NCBI RefSeq assembly: GCF_037042905.1 | Contig: NC_087263.1 | Coordinates: forward strand, 15,688,001-15,752,000 | Direction: 5' to 3' | Length of the DNA: 64,000 nt | Source of the DNA: Lytechinus pictus | Lineage: Eukaryota | In this document: in pieces, positions 1 through 12,268 of the stretch | Layout of the letters: every line of letters begins with the position of its first letter | How positions within the stretch are numbered: position 1 is the stretch's first letter | Notes under the pieces: model-generated | The model's database searches: none | Seen by the model: only the letters and a program-made list of their open reading frames with translations | Told to the model about the DNA's origin: nothing | Program-made: the position numbers and the translations under genes

Positions 1-764
1 CAAGTTTTATGAACATGATGAAGCGAGGCCCAAATCGTGTGATAATATTTTTGCCCCTTCTTTTCATTTCTGGCTGAAATATTCAGGAGCGCAGCTAGGG
101 TGTTTTGATGTTGGGGCGGGGGAGCAAGCCAATCGAAAGATGATTTTTTTTTCAATTCAATAACATGCAGTGTACTATAAAGTTATACATCCCTACATCT
201 ATCTTTTTATATCCTTCTCTCCCCCCATCTCTCTTTCCTTCTGTCTTTTTCTTTATCTTTTCAAGAATAAAAAAACACATAGAAGGAGGTCACCCCTGCT
301 CCCATGTAGCATGTGTAGCACCGCTCGTGCATATATTTAGGCGAATGATTCAGGTGTTTTTTTTAGGCTAATCACAACATATAGAATGATTCAAAGATAT
401 TTTTGCCTGATGAAAAGATTGAAGAAATAAGAAAATGTATTTTTTTTCGTAGACGCTCGTGAATCATCGTGACGCTATCAGTGTTATCGTAAGAAATGAA
501 GAGGAAATGAAAAGGGTGAACGCGATGCAACATCGATATCTTAATTTTAGTTAAAGGCGTTGAATGAAAGGGTGATCTTCTAAGGCGATACGTGATTTAG
601 AATTAGAATTTTAGATCATAGTTTTAAACTGTTGAGCGAATACCTTACAAATGGAAAAAAAAACTGTTTATAAGCGAATACCGTGCAAAAAAATCTGTTA
701 AGCGAATACATTCGGTTGTAAAGTGATTTAGCACTCTGTGCGCACCTGCGTACTTGGCACCCCA

Positions 765-1018
765 CCCGCCCCCGCCCCACCCTCTCCCCACTTTTTTTTT
801 TCTCTCTCTCTCTCTTCCTCCCACTCCTTCCCCTCTTCCTCCTCCCACCCCCTCTCTCTCTCTTTCTCTTTCTTTGCCCTCTTTCTTTTTTTTTCTCTCC
901 CCTCCATTCTTTCATTCCTTATCTCTTCACTTTCTCTTTTACTCCCACATTCACCGTTCTTGGTGTCACTCTTTCTCTCTCTATTTCTCTCCCCTCTCAC
1001 CCCTTTCCCCACTCTCTC
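765..1018. repeat. CT/pyrimidine-rich low-complexity tract
   Basis: Almost only C/T with (CT)n runs; explains the spurious ORFs at 616-1040. Confidence 0.85.
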
Positions 1019-1024
1019 GATGCA

Positions 1025-1188
1025 CACTGTAAAAAAATGAAGTGCTAATTTAGCACTTACAGTGCTTGTATAGTGACTGCACTACGAGTGATTTTCTATT
1101 TCAAATTTAAACTAGAAAATCAGCACTCGTAGTGCAGTCACTATACAAGCACTGTAAGTGCTAAATTAGCCCTTCATTTTTTAAAGTG
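1025..1188. mobile_element. Palindromic MITE with CACT...AGTG termini and 2-bp TSD (CA); CMC/EnSpm-like
   Basis: Arms are near-perfect reverse complements (GTGCTAATTTAGCACTTACAGTGCTTGTATAGTGACTGCACTACGAGTG and its inverse). CA flanks both ends (1023-1024, 1189-1190). Confidence 0.85.
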
Positions 1189-2019
1189 CATCTTTCTCTT
1201 TCGCACATACACCCTCCCTCACGCAATCCACCCACACACACCGGACATACCTACACTCACACACACATTGCGTTTTTAAGGATGATAATTGTGTTTGCAA
1301 TTCAGCATACAGAAATAGAATGATAATATAATGAATCAATATATTGAAAATAATCCATGAATAAGTAAAGTATCGATTACATAATAAAAAAAAATATATA
1401 TCAAATTGATTGAATTTACAGAGTGAAATAAGTAAAGAAAGAAAGAATAGAAATAGTCAAATGGGGGTGGGGAGAAGAAAGAGGGAAAGAAAGAGGAAAA
1501 AAGTAAAAGGGAGATGTACAATGTAAAGGGGTAAGATTGTTTTTAATAAAAACTTAGTTGTACCCTAATATTAAATGGAAAAATTGTGTCCTTTTTAATG
1601 CAAATCGAGCAGAAAAGATGATATTCTTCTTCGCTATGGAAAATTAAATGCTAAAATATGTCTTCGTTGGGAATCTTGTAATAATCTAGGATGGTGGGAT
1701 AATGAATCACGATGTTAACCACAATCTCGGAGGCTCGGGTGTGAATCGTCTAGAGAGGTTTAAAAGACTATCTTAATTAATTAATATGATCACACTTTCC
1801 TGCAAAAAAATGCATCGTGGGATTACGTGTATTTAAAAGGGAAATCCACCCTATTCTAGCATCAATTTTCTTTTAATGAAATCAGGAAGGAATGACAGAA
1901 CCACTTCGAAGAAAATGATGGCAAAAACCATAAAAGAATAACCGAGTCTTCACACAATTATTTTTTTTTATTATTATGACATCACATTTTCTTCTATTCG
2001 CAATCATTGAATAAATTAT

Positions 2020-2250
2020 GAATGATAGATGTATGGATTGACAAGATAGATAGATAGAAAGATAGATAGACTGATAGATAGAATGATAGATAGTTAGATC
2101 GTTAGAGATAGATAAATAGGTAGGTAGGTAGGTGGGTAGGTAGGTAGGTAGGTAGGTAGGTATAGTGGGTAGGTGGGTGGGTGGGCGGGCGGTTGGGTGG
2201 GTTGGATGGATGGATGGATGGATGGACGGATGGATGGAAATAGATAGAGA
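2020..2250. repeat. Compound microsatellite (GATA)n-(AGGT)n-(GGAT)n
   Basis: Directly visible tetranucleotide runs. Confidence 0.9.
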
Positions 2251-2481
2251 TTTTGATTCTATTGAAATCATCATTTCTCGCAGTTTCCCTGTCACAAACT
2301 GAAATGAACCTGAATTACAAATAAATCAAACAAATCATAAGTCATATCCATTGGGAATGTTTGGCATTACTAAATATAACTTTGGATATCAAGAGGTTAT
2401 ATTCGCACTGCACCAAGAACAATCTGCAAAAAAATATCACAAGCTCTATATTAAACTGTTTACAAATACAGTGTCCATCAA

Positions 2482-2966
2482 AGGGGAAGTTCACCCCGAA
2501 AAAAAAAGGTTTGTTGTAAAAAAGCAAAAAAAATAATAAAAAATATTGGTGAAAGTTTGAGGGAAATCCATTAAAGATAAAGTAAGTTATCAGAATTTCA
2601 AGTTTTGGATTTGTGACGTCATAAACGAGCAGTTCCCCATAATATGTATAAAATGCACAAATTTCGATTTGTTAATGGTTCTTGATGACTTGTTCTTGGT
2701 TTTTTTTAGGAACGGGTGTGAAATGATTTGTCTATTGTTTTTATAGCAAAAACCATTTCAGTTTTCTTAATAAATGATATTTGATTGATTTTTTTACCAT
2801 ACGATATGTAGGAAAAAGCTGCTCGTATGTGACGTCACAAAGCAAATACTTAAACTTCTAATATCTTCATCATTCTTTGATGGATCTTTCTCAAACCTCC
2901 GGTGAAATTTTCAATTATTTTTCTGCTATCTTTACAATGAACCTTTTGTCAATGTGAACTTCCCCT
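2482..2966. mobile_element. TTAA-flanked MITE (Kolobok-like, AGGGG termini)
   Basis: TIR AGGGGAAGTTCAC / GTGAACTTCCCCT with extended subterminal inverted similarity; flanks TCAA and TTAA. Confidence 0.75.
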
Positions 2967-3694
2967 TTAAGCAAAAACGCACCCAAACCCATCAGCCGTT
3001 GCTTGGCCAGGCAAGCTTATGAATTTGTCTAACCATGGACCTACTGCTCTGTCAGAGTGTCAGAGTAGTATGGTCTAATCAAGCAAAAATACACGAACGC
3101 GGCCCTCAATCCGACAGGTGAAATAATGATAATCATTGATTGTTTTTGTGTTTTTTAATGCCACTTTAGGGAATTTATAGGGCACGACATGAAAAACAAC
3201 TCACATGTGATGAAGAAGAAAAAAAGTTGAACTTCAGTAATGTCCTTTTCCCGGGTCCTTTTACTTTTGACGGACCTTCGTCATATACATCTATTGATTT
3301 GTTTCTCCCCTTTTCTGCTGGTATTGAAATTAACCTGATTCCTGGGTTAATCACCTCCCCTCTGAGATAATGAAGAAAATATTATATTCCGTTGAAGGCC
3401 TATACGCTCTATATAAAATCAAAACATAAAAATAATACGAGTATTGGTCATCGCATGACTCGTTCTCTTTGGGGAGCGGAGATCATTTCATTTTCCTGTG
3501 GGTGGACACGCAATAGTAACTCGAAAATAAGTTCTTAATTATGTAAATCTCATGAAAAAGTACGATGTATCACGAAGCGCTATACACAAAGGCACTACAA
3601 GGTCAAGACTGGACACTTTTATGTTTTTTTTTTTTGTCAAAACGTTCAATTTCGTACGTAGGGAAGGGCGCCCTCTCAATTTGGGTATAGTCAA

Positions 3695-3974
3695 AGGACA
3701 AGTACATCCCAACAAAAAAAAATGATTTGAATAATGAGAGAAAAATCCAACAAGCGTAACACTGAAAAAATCATCAAAATTTGATTTAAAATAAGAAAGT
3801 CATGACATTTTAAAATTTCGCTTAATTTCACAAAACAGTTTAACTTTAAAACTTTAAAATGTCATAACTTTTTTTATTTTGCATCCCATTTTGATAAAAT
3901 TTTCAGCGTTATGCTTGTTGGATTTTTTAAAATCCTTTTATCAAATAAACATTTTGTTGGGATGGACTTGACCT
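3695..3974. mobile_element. TTAA-flanked MITE (Kolobok-like)
   Basis: TIR AGGACAAGTACATCCCAACAAAA / TTTTGTTGGGATGGACTTGACCT; flanks TCAA and TTAA; body related to the copies at 26.4, 31.8 and 63.2 kb. Confidence 0.75.
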
Positions 3975-4862
3975 TTAAACCTATGCATATGGGCATGGGA
4001 TTGTGTATAAAAATATGAGGGGAGGTGATAGAATGGCGAGTGAAGGGGTACAGGGGCGGGACAAGCTGATAATTCCATCTCTCCTTTCCAAGAAATCTCT
4101 CAGATATATTTATTTATAGTTTATTTAGCATATTTTTATTCCAAAAAAAAATCAAAAAAATCACCCGTCCCTCACCCCTTTTAAATTTCCCTCTATAATA
4201 ATGTTTTATACACATTCCCTATGACGATTTGCGAATGCATACCTATACCAAACATTGTTCATGTTGTTGGGAGCCCTTCTCCTGCGTTCCATTAAGTGCC
4301 CAGTCTTCCCCTTGCAGTGTCTTTAACCATTCCTTAACCCGATCACTTAACCAAAATTATATTCAGTTTGCGTAATTGTTACGTTATGTCTTTTTTTATT
4401 GCTTTAGCTGCATACATTAGTTGTTGAAATGTTATTTTTGCATGATTTCGGATTATGTCTCTGTTCTGATACAATTTGCCTGCTATGTTTATTACAGTGT
4501 TATTTGATTTGTGTATTCACAGCTGCAATTATCATTGTGTTTTATATTTCCTTTATTATGTATGTTTACATTTTATTTGAATGAATAATAAAGATTACTA
4601 CAATACAAAAATATTCCCAAAACAGACACAAAAACATGATCTTTCAAGTAAAACAATATCCGTTATAGATGCCCGAAAATATGGAACGATTTCCTGACTA
4701 TAATAATACAATAAGTCAACAACTAGATATTAACACACGGTTGTCATGTATTCTCAAAATTAGTATTATGTGCCCCATGTAACTACTTTGCACTCATATT
4801 TGGAACCGATTTGGAACGCCTAACTTTCATGATTTGTGTTTCTATTATCATTTATTATGACA

Positions 4863-5112
4863 CAGTCACACCAACGAAACCGACTCCAAACCGACCGATG
4901 GTATGTCATTGGTAATAACGTAATAGCTTTGATCGGTCTGGAGTCGGTTTCTGTAGTGTGACTGCTGCACAATTCGGTTACGCCAATTAACTCGACTCCT
5001 ATAACCAACCGATGTTATGTCATTGGTAATAACGTAATAGCTTTGATCGATCTAGAGTCGGTTTCGTTGGTGTGACTGTAACCAAAACCGACTCCAAACC
5101 GACCGATGGTTT
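4863..5112. mobile_element. About 2.3 tandem copies of a ~105-bp palindromic MITE (CAGTCACAC...GTGTGACTG family)
   Basis: Repeated unit GACTCCAAACCGACCGATG...GCTTTGATCGGTCTGGAGTCGG. Same family occurs at ~9170-9252, 23535-23600, 36180-36280 and 42840-42950. Confidence 0.7.
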
Positions 5113-5192
5113 GTCTTTTTTTTTATCCAGGTCGACCATCGGTTGTTGGTTACAAAAATCCTAAGCCATTGTGTATGCGATTTTGATTTAAT

Positions 5193-5400
5193 CACAGAGT
5201 AAAAACACTGCTTATTTTTTCATACAACGTCGTTAATTTTATGAACCTTACAGTAGTCGTTCAAACAATTTAAACAAGTTTAATTTTTGATACGTAATTT
5301 TCAATTAATTATTCATGGTTGTTTAAATTGCTGAAACAACTACTGCAAGGTTCATATAATAATCAGCGTTGCATAAAATTAAAAAAAAGTTTTTATTGTG
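5193..5400. mobile_element. Degenerate CACAG-type palindromic MITE
   Basis: ATGAACCTTACAGTAG / CTACTGCAAGGTTCAT arms; homologous to 17936-18155. Confidence 0.6.
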
Positions 5401-5639
5401 CAGTAGTCGGTAAGTTCATATTTTAATCAATTTCTTATTGGTTGGTTAAACAATGTCTGAGAGTATAGCAATATGTCGTTCTTATTCACCCTATTAGGAC
5501 ATGTTGATGGCATTATCACCTCGTTTTCATGTAAACCATAATTTCCGAAACAATTATCTGTAATATCCCATGCGACTCGGATGACAATGCATGCAATCAG
5601 AACTGATGTTTCAGTGTAACATCCCATGTTGATGTTGTT

Positions 5640-6125
5640 TCTATTGAATTACTCGGGCACAAACATAACTGACTCAGCAAAACTGTATGCAAAATATTCC
5701 CTTCTTGTCCACATCATTTTAAACATATTCTTATTTCCATTGGCAAAATGGAAGATTGCCCGACCAAGCATTGTATTCTTATACCGATATTGAGGGGTTC
5801 TAGTGACTCGGTTACAAACGCTATTGACTCAGCGATTTTTTAAATAAAATATTCCTGATGTTTTCATTTATTTTACACAGAGATCTGATATGTCATTGGC
5901 AACATGGGAGATTGCCCGACATAGCAATACATCTTGTAAATTACACTGATAGGTTTCGATCTCAACCCGGTTACAAACACAACTGACTCAGCTAAAATGT
6001 GTGCAAACTATTCCAGATTTCTTCATTAATTTTACACATGAATTTTATTCGCTATTGGCAACACGGGGGATTGCCCGACATAGCAATGCATTCAGATGAA
6101 GAGATTGAATGGTTACGATTTCAAC
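5640..6125. repeat. About 3 diverged tandem units of ~157 bp
   Basis: ATTGGCAA..GG..GATTGCCCGAC..AGCA recurs at 5739, 5895 and 6054 (spacing 156 and 159). Confidence 0.7.
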
Positions 6126-7305
6126 CATTAATAATGGAATGTATTCTCAAAGGGTCACAATTACAATGCTGTTCTATTTCAATATACTTGACTTTTTTTT
6201 TTATCTATCTGTGTGTAAATTTCCTCGAATATGCCTGTCCTTACTAATTACAAGATTTTGTGAATACGTATGCATTATCCCATTTATTTTAGGAGGATGA
6301 TAAAATGATTAAATTTAGTTATGATATTTCAAAAATGCCATGATTTACATGACAATTAATTTGATCTGGTGCCCGATTAAGATAGAAATATCTACATTTT
6401 TAAATTTTGATGTATAACCACTTCTCAAGCATGCAATGGATAAGATAAATTCTAAATTTATGAAATAAGTGTTGAAATGGCCATTGTTAAAAAGAATTTT
6501 AACCGAAAGATGGCGCTAGACATTAAACAATTAAAACAATTAATACAAATCATGATTTTGATGGTCATTATACGTTCGTATTACAGTTTGCTGTGAGATG
6601 GTACTCGACTGTAACTGAGTTTGTAGCTCTAAAGAGATTTGAACAAATTTATTATTAAGTGGCTTTGAACATTTTCCAGATTCGATATGACATTTCGCGT
6701 TTACCGTGTATACTAAAGACTTCCATATCCGCATAATAGTTCAGGGGCTGCCCAGGGTAAATATATTTTCAGAAAGGAAATTGTAACTTAGTGTATTCTA
6801 ATCATGGAACTAGTTGGAAATTGTGGTTAAATTGTCGGAATTCCCTGACAAAGATGATGAGATATATAACAGATAGCATCGCTCAAAATGATAAACATTG
6901 TGGGCGGGAATTTTAATAAGTAATAAGGTATATTTCCTCAAATGCCTTCTGGTTCGGTTTTTCCTCCTCCTAGTATGTAATCACTTCTTCCCATACGAAT
7001 TTGTTCAGTTATTAATTAATTCATATGATGCTTTCATATTCATTTTTCATTTTAATGTATAACCACGCAATTTTTGGGTTCTAATTATGTATTATGATTA
7101 TACTGTATACATTGTAGATTTTTTGTGTATATTGCAAAAAATGTAAATATTTTTGACAATATATTGTGAACGCATAAATGAAAATAAAACAAACAAAAAT
7201 ACGTATTGATGTATTCAAGTCACCTACAGTTTCATTAAGTCATTCGTTGTTTCATATACTCGTTTATTCATCGATTGGTTCATTATAGTTTTAATATTTT
7301 ATTTC

Positions 7306-7593
7306 GAGGTCTTAAGGCTCAGTTGATAAGTCTATGGACTTTGAACCACAAGGTTAGGGGTTCGAACCCCACCGCGACACTCGTGTCATTTGGCAAGGCA
7401 TTTATTTGCATTGCCACTTTCCACCCAGGTGTAGTAGATGGGTACCCAGTAGGAAGGAATTCCTTGAATGCTTGAGCACCTGGTCAGGGTCGCCATAAAA
7501 TCCGGGGTAATACTAATAATTTGCAGCGCTAAAAAGATCGTATTACGCGCTACATAAATGTTGCATGCCATTGTTATTTTATTATCATTATTA
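7306..7593 (+). mobile_element. tRNA-derived SINE, family 1 (Gln-like head, CORE-like centre, TAT-rich tail)
   Basis: A-box-like GGCTCAGTTGATAAG, B box GGTTCGAACC, central GGCAAGGCATTT...CACCCAGGTG...ATGGGTACC, (TAT)n tail. A homologous inverted copy lies at 45229-45498. Confidence 0.8.
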
Positions 7594-8398
7594 GTTTATA
7601 TATCTATGCATTTTATCTCTATATCTATGCAGTCATGCATTAATATTTATCTATCTATCTATCTACAGTATCTATCTATCTATCTATTTATCTACAGTAT
7701 CTAGCTATCTATCGTCATCATTTATGCAGAAATTAAGCTACGACACTCAGTCATGAGTACCCCCTCCCCACACACAACACACACATACCCACGCACACAT
7801 CTGGAGTCTGAGGGAAGATAGTGGGTCGTAGCAAACCTTGAAAAGTCTCTGGGGAGAGTTATGGATATTGATAGTCATTGTCGCTTGGCATGAAACCAAA
7901 TATTTATTTGCATTCACAATATTTACTTCCATTCTGTACCCTTCTAATCTATCACAGTCCTATATATGCGCCACATGAGTTGGATCAATTTTATCATGGA
8001 TATAGTGAGACTCCAAAACAATTCATTTATCCCTTGATTTTGCAGACAATCTACAATTGAAGAACACCCAGCCACCGCCATGACCATGCTGTGCGATTTA
8101 CAATTGGAGATATTTTAGAAGGATTTCTTACAAATATAATCGCGATTGTCCAGACTTAGGCCTATTTTGTAAATCAAACTAATTCAGCTATGTTGATTTC
8201 ACAATATTGAATCCAAATTTCATATACATTGTCTGTAAGGAAATGCCTGTGAATTGTGAGGTTGTCCTTGACATACTTTCGCTCCATTTTGTTATTTGCA
8301 GCATCCATGAAAAATAGTCGATGACTTCAGACTCGTTTCAGGTGTAGATAGCAGGACATTCGTGACAGAAATTGTCGACGAGTTTTTGTGCCGCCACC

Positions 8399-8456
8399 AT
8401 GTTGGATACGCAGATCAATGTACCGCATGGGCGGGAGGCGGGCAAGGCTGATGAAG
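8399..8456 (+). CDS. Candidate first coding exon of a small spliced gene (MLDTQINVPHGREAGKADE)
   Basis: GCCGCCACC-ATG at 8390-8401 and donor AAG|GTAGGT; phase 1, matching the exon at 10711. No recognisable homology. Confidence 0.3.
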
Positions 8457-8539
8457 GTAGGTTTTTCATAATTTCCTTTTTTTTTCGTTTTTCTTTTTTG
8501 TCCCATCGTCATCAACATCCTGATCATATTCTCATGACT

Positions 8540-8765
8540 TTGTCGTCGTTGTCATCTAGAGTATCATCATCATCATCATCATCACCATCATCATCGTTGT
8601 CATCATCACCATCATCATCATCATCGTCATCATCACCATCATCATCATCTTCATCATCGTCGTCGTCATCATCACCATCATCATCATCACCATCACCATC
8701 ATCGTCGTCTTCATCATCATCGTCGTCGTCATCGTCATCATCATCATCATCATCACTATCATCTA
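8540..8765. repeat. (CAT/CGT/CAC)n microsatellite
   Basis: Directly visible. Confidence 0.9.
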
Positions 8766-9626
8766 TGATTCACCACAATTTCCACACCACCATCTTGATT
8801 CATTTCAAAGCAGAAAAAAATATTGTTCGTTAGTGCCCTTTAGAAAACCCCATCAAACAATCAATTTACCCCCCCCCCCCCCCCCCCCCGTATTGTCATC
8901 TTGGCAATCCGGCATCTGTCCTATGTAAGTATGATGAGTTGTCACAAGTGAGCGATAATTGAATATCATGAAAGACTCACTAAAGAAATTCACAAGGGTA
9001 GCCTTTGAACGGATCGATTATGTAATCATTGTATTATTCATGAAATTGGACAATTACCGCTTCCTCATTTTGAAATCAGGCTATCTCTCCTTTGACCACT
9101 GTGAACTCTGTAGCTCGAAGCAAAGCTAATTCATGGTAAAGTCACAAGTCACAACAAGGAGAAACTTTTGACTTCCGATCAAAGCTATACTGCGTTAATT
9201 CGAATGGCGCATCATCGGTCGGTTTGGAGTCAGTTTTATTGGTGTGACTGGTGACTTTGAAAATGAGCTAATGACGCAGCCAGGGGTGGGGTAGATTCAC
9301 AATCTCATAGATCAAGGAGGGGAGGGGGCAGTAGCAAAATATGAAAAAAACACGATGCAATTGCCTTTGAAAATGACAGGCTGGCAGGATTAAGCCTCTC
9401 ATAAAATTTGAGGAACAATGCCAAATTTTTAACAAATGATGGGAATGGCACGTTTCTGTTGTGACCTTTCCTGGATGTACACGTACGAGGGGAGGGGGGG
9501 GGGGCAAAGAAGTTATGCGTTCCAGTTCAAGCACTAAAAAGGGTGTATTGGCGAAATCCAGGTGAGAATGGAAGTCAGATCCTAGGTTCGAGCCACGTCC
9601 TTTATGAGTCGTCACTTTCCGTCTTA

Positions 9627-10048
9627 AGGCCACCGTTCACATTACGATTATTCTACGACCCGATTTTGGAATAAAATGTAGAAGAATTTGATGTTAATAT
9701 TGAGACATGGAATATCTTACGGTGTAATGTTCTAAATCATCGTACGAATACATATCTTCAAATCTGTGACTATACATGCTATCATCCTTATTAGAATAAA
9801 AGCGAATTTAATATCTAGTCGTAATGACGTCATAGCAATCGTACGATCGGCTACGATTTAAAACTAATTTGGCTTTTACTCAGAAATAAAGGCATCAAAT
9901 CATCCCAATTGTTACATGAATATTTTTCGGTTAATTTGAGCATGACATAAAAAATATATTTTTCATTCACATTTTCAGAATTAATGATAAAAATACGATT
10001 TGTTCCAAAATCGGATTGTGGACCAGTCGTAAGGTGTGCCAATGGCCT
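9627..10048. mobile_element. PIF/Harbinger-like MITE
   Basis: Ends AGGCCACCGTTCACATTACGAT / GTCGTAAGGTGTGCCAATGGCCT; inner CCGATTTTGGAA / TTCCAAAATCGG; 3-bp flanks TTA and TCA. Confidence 0.65.
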
Positions 10049-10086
10049 TCAATCGTAGATAATCATAAATTATCTGATTGATACAC

Positions 10087-10280
10087 GTGCCGTGGCCGAG
10101 TGGTCTAAGGCACCTGAATATACATAGAAAGTCCGGGGCCCGGGGGTTCGATCCCGGCCGCAGCACCTATGTCCGTGAGCAAGGCATTTAACCGACAGTG
10201 CTCTTTTATTCTGCATTCAAATCAAATAAATGAAAATGCTGTATGCATTCTTGGTAACTAGGTGTGCACTATTTTTTTTT
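10087..10280 (+). mobile_element. tRNA-derived SINE, family 2 (GCCGAGTGGTCTAAGGC head)
   Basis: A box GTGGCCGAGTGGT and B box GGTTCGATCCC followed by a non-tRNA body; homologous copy at 35268-35465. Confidence 0.75.
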
Positions 10281-10399
10281 TATAATAAATAATAAAAATC
10301 ATTATTTTTATTATTGATTATAGTAGGGGAGGGGGTATTCTCCCAAGTGGCGCAACACCCCCTTAGAAATATAAATGAATAATTGAACGAGTGATTTAA

Positions 10400-10412
10400 A
10401 TGATGAGGATGG

Positions 10413-10474
<62 letters not shown>

Positions 10475-10670
10475 GTGGTGGTAATAGTGGTTGTGGTGGT
10501 GATAACGACGACGATGGTGATGATGATGATGACGATGATAACCATGATAATAAGAATGATAACCTTTAGGGTAATATAATAACAATGATAATAATAATAA
10601 TATGATTTTTATTATCATTTTTATCATGGTAATCATCATAATAATGATAATTACAATGATAATAATCACG
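10400..10670. repeat. (GAT)n / (AAT)n microsatellite
   Basis: Directly visible. Confidence 0.9.
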
Positions 10671-10710
10671 ATAGATATTTTTCACATTTTACCATCATTC
10701 TCTGCTACAG

Positions 10711-10875
10711 GACATGATCGGATGGGTGGGGCCTGTTTATACTGCGTGGCTCAGATCCAACCCTTGGCCAAATCGAGCACCAAATGTAACCGTGATTGGA
10801 ATTCGACGTCGGATTCGAAGCTCACTGACGACGACGACGATGATGACGAAACGAATTTCGTGTCCCAAGAAATAA
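10711..10875 (+). CDS. Candidate internal exon of the small spliced gene
   Basis: Acceptor ATTCTCTGCTACAG|, donor AA|GTAAGA, GC-richer than flanks. Phase-1 frame is open (GHDRMGGACLYC...DDDDDDETNFVSQEI). Confidence 0.35.
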   Translation, partial: DMIGWVGPVYTAWLRSNPWPNRAPNVTVIGIRRRIRSSLTTTTMMTKRISCPKK

Positions 10876-11773
10876 GTAAGAATTTTATCAGTGTATTTTG
10901 ATTCAAGTACAGTACGTCCCAGGAAACTAAGTCGAGAAATATGTCGATGTCTTAGTTAAACTTAACAATTTTAATCAATAAATAGTTGATATCGATTTAT
11001 ATCCTTATTATCATGAAACATTTTTATTTTTTATCATATAGTTTGTTTGTTTTGTTTTGTTTTATTTCAGAAAAATGATTTTCACTTTGAAATTCAGATC
11101 AACGACTCTTTGGTATCGTTTCTTCACATATTTTGTTTGCAAAACTCCCGCGTGAGTTAATAATTACTTTTAATGGCTGGTTTCACCGAAATGACAATCT
11201 TCCTTTTGTATTATCCATTTGATATTTCAACATGTTGGGCATGGCCCCTTCATTCAATTCATTGACTTTATTTTTGTTTGCTCTTGCCACACCTGTAAAA
11301 CAATTTCCGAGTATTTGGTGATTGGTATTCTTGTTCAATTCTTAGAATACGAATAGGACTTGTGCTCAAATGTGTTCAATTGTCATGCCATGTTATGTCG
11401 TATTCCTTTATTCTTTATTCGCTATACATATTTGAAATTATATCTTGATATTTGAATTTACTATTTAGGTGTATCTCACTACACATTATTTTATTTTGGA
11501 GCTTCTCACTTTATGTCCTCCGCCAATGTCTGTTTCGTTTATATTCGTTCCGTTCTCACTGACTTTGCATCGTTCACACTTAGAGGTCTTTGCCCTACGT
11601 GCTCAGTTTTGTGTAAGAATCCTTTGTGTTGCGCCTCCTCGTCCTTCATGTTCTTTATGTGTTTTGTGTTCTTCGCCTTCTCCCCTCGCTCTGCTACTTT
11701 GCTTGACTGCCCTTTATATGACCTTGACCGACACTTTATTGGACATAACACAACACTTTCGGATATGTACTGA

Positions 11774-12268
11774 CTTCTTAGCATAAACAATACACCCCAG
11801 TTTCCATTTGCATCATTGGAAAATGATGACCTCTTTAGCGAGTTGAGACCTCAGGATACTGTACTTAGAAACCCAATGAATCCTTCATTTTATGATAATT
11901 TGGTTACTAATAATATCAATTTAGCTTCGGAAGAATTAGATCTCGATTTTGAACAGGATCATAATATATTGCAAAATCCTTCTTCTGAGTATATTACGCA
12001 ACATCAGGTAAATAATCTTACAAAAAAATTTAATGACGATACATTTTGCATAATGCATGCCGATATAAGAAGTTTAAATAAACATTTTGATGAACTTCAG
12101 TTACTTTTGAATAACACTTCAAATTCTAAAAAATGCCCCTTTTCTTTAACTGGCCTCACTGAGACATGGATATCGTGTGATTCTAATCATCCATTTTCAC
12201 TAAGCGGATATGATTTCGTAATGAATAACCGAGAAGACAGACCTGGGGGTGGGGTAGCGTTCTATATT
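11774..12268 (+). pseudogene. LINE ORF2 N-terminus and first part of APE endonuclease
   Basis: FPFASLEND, HADIRSL, GLTETW and GGGVAFYI motifs; interrupted at 12268 by the nested insertion. Confidence 0.85.

Noticed and set aside
7306..7385. tRNA genes (also at ~10087, ~27590, ~35268 and ~45430)
   Set aside because: A/B boxes are present, but the cloverleaf is degenerate and each head continues into a shared SINE body and tail.
8302..8452. Selenoprotein-like in-frame TGA (HP*KIVDDFRL...)
   Set aside because: No recognisable selenoprotein motif or SECIS, and the frame soon closes again.
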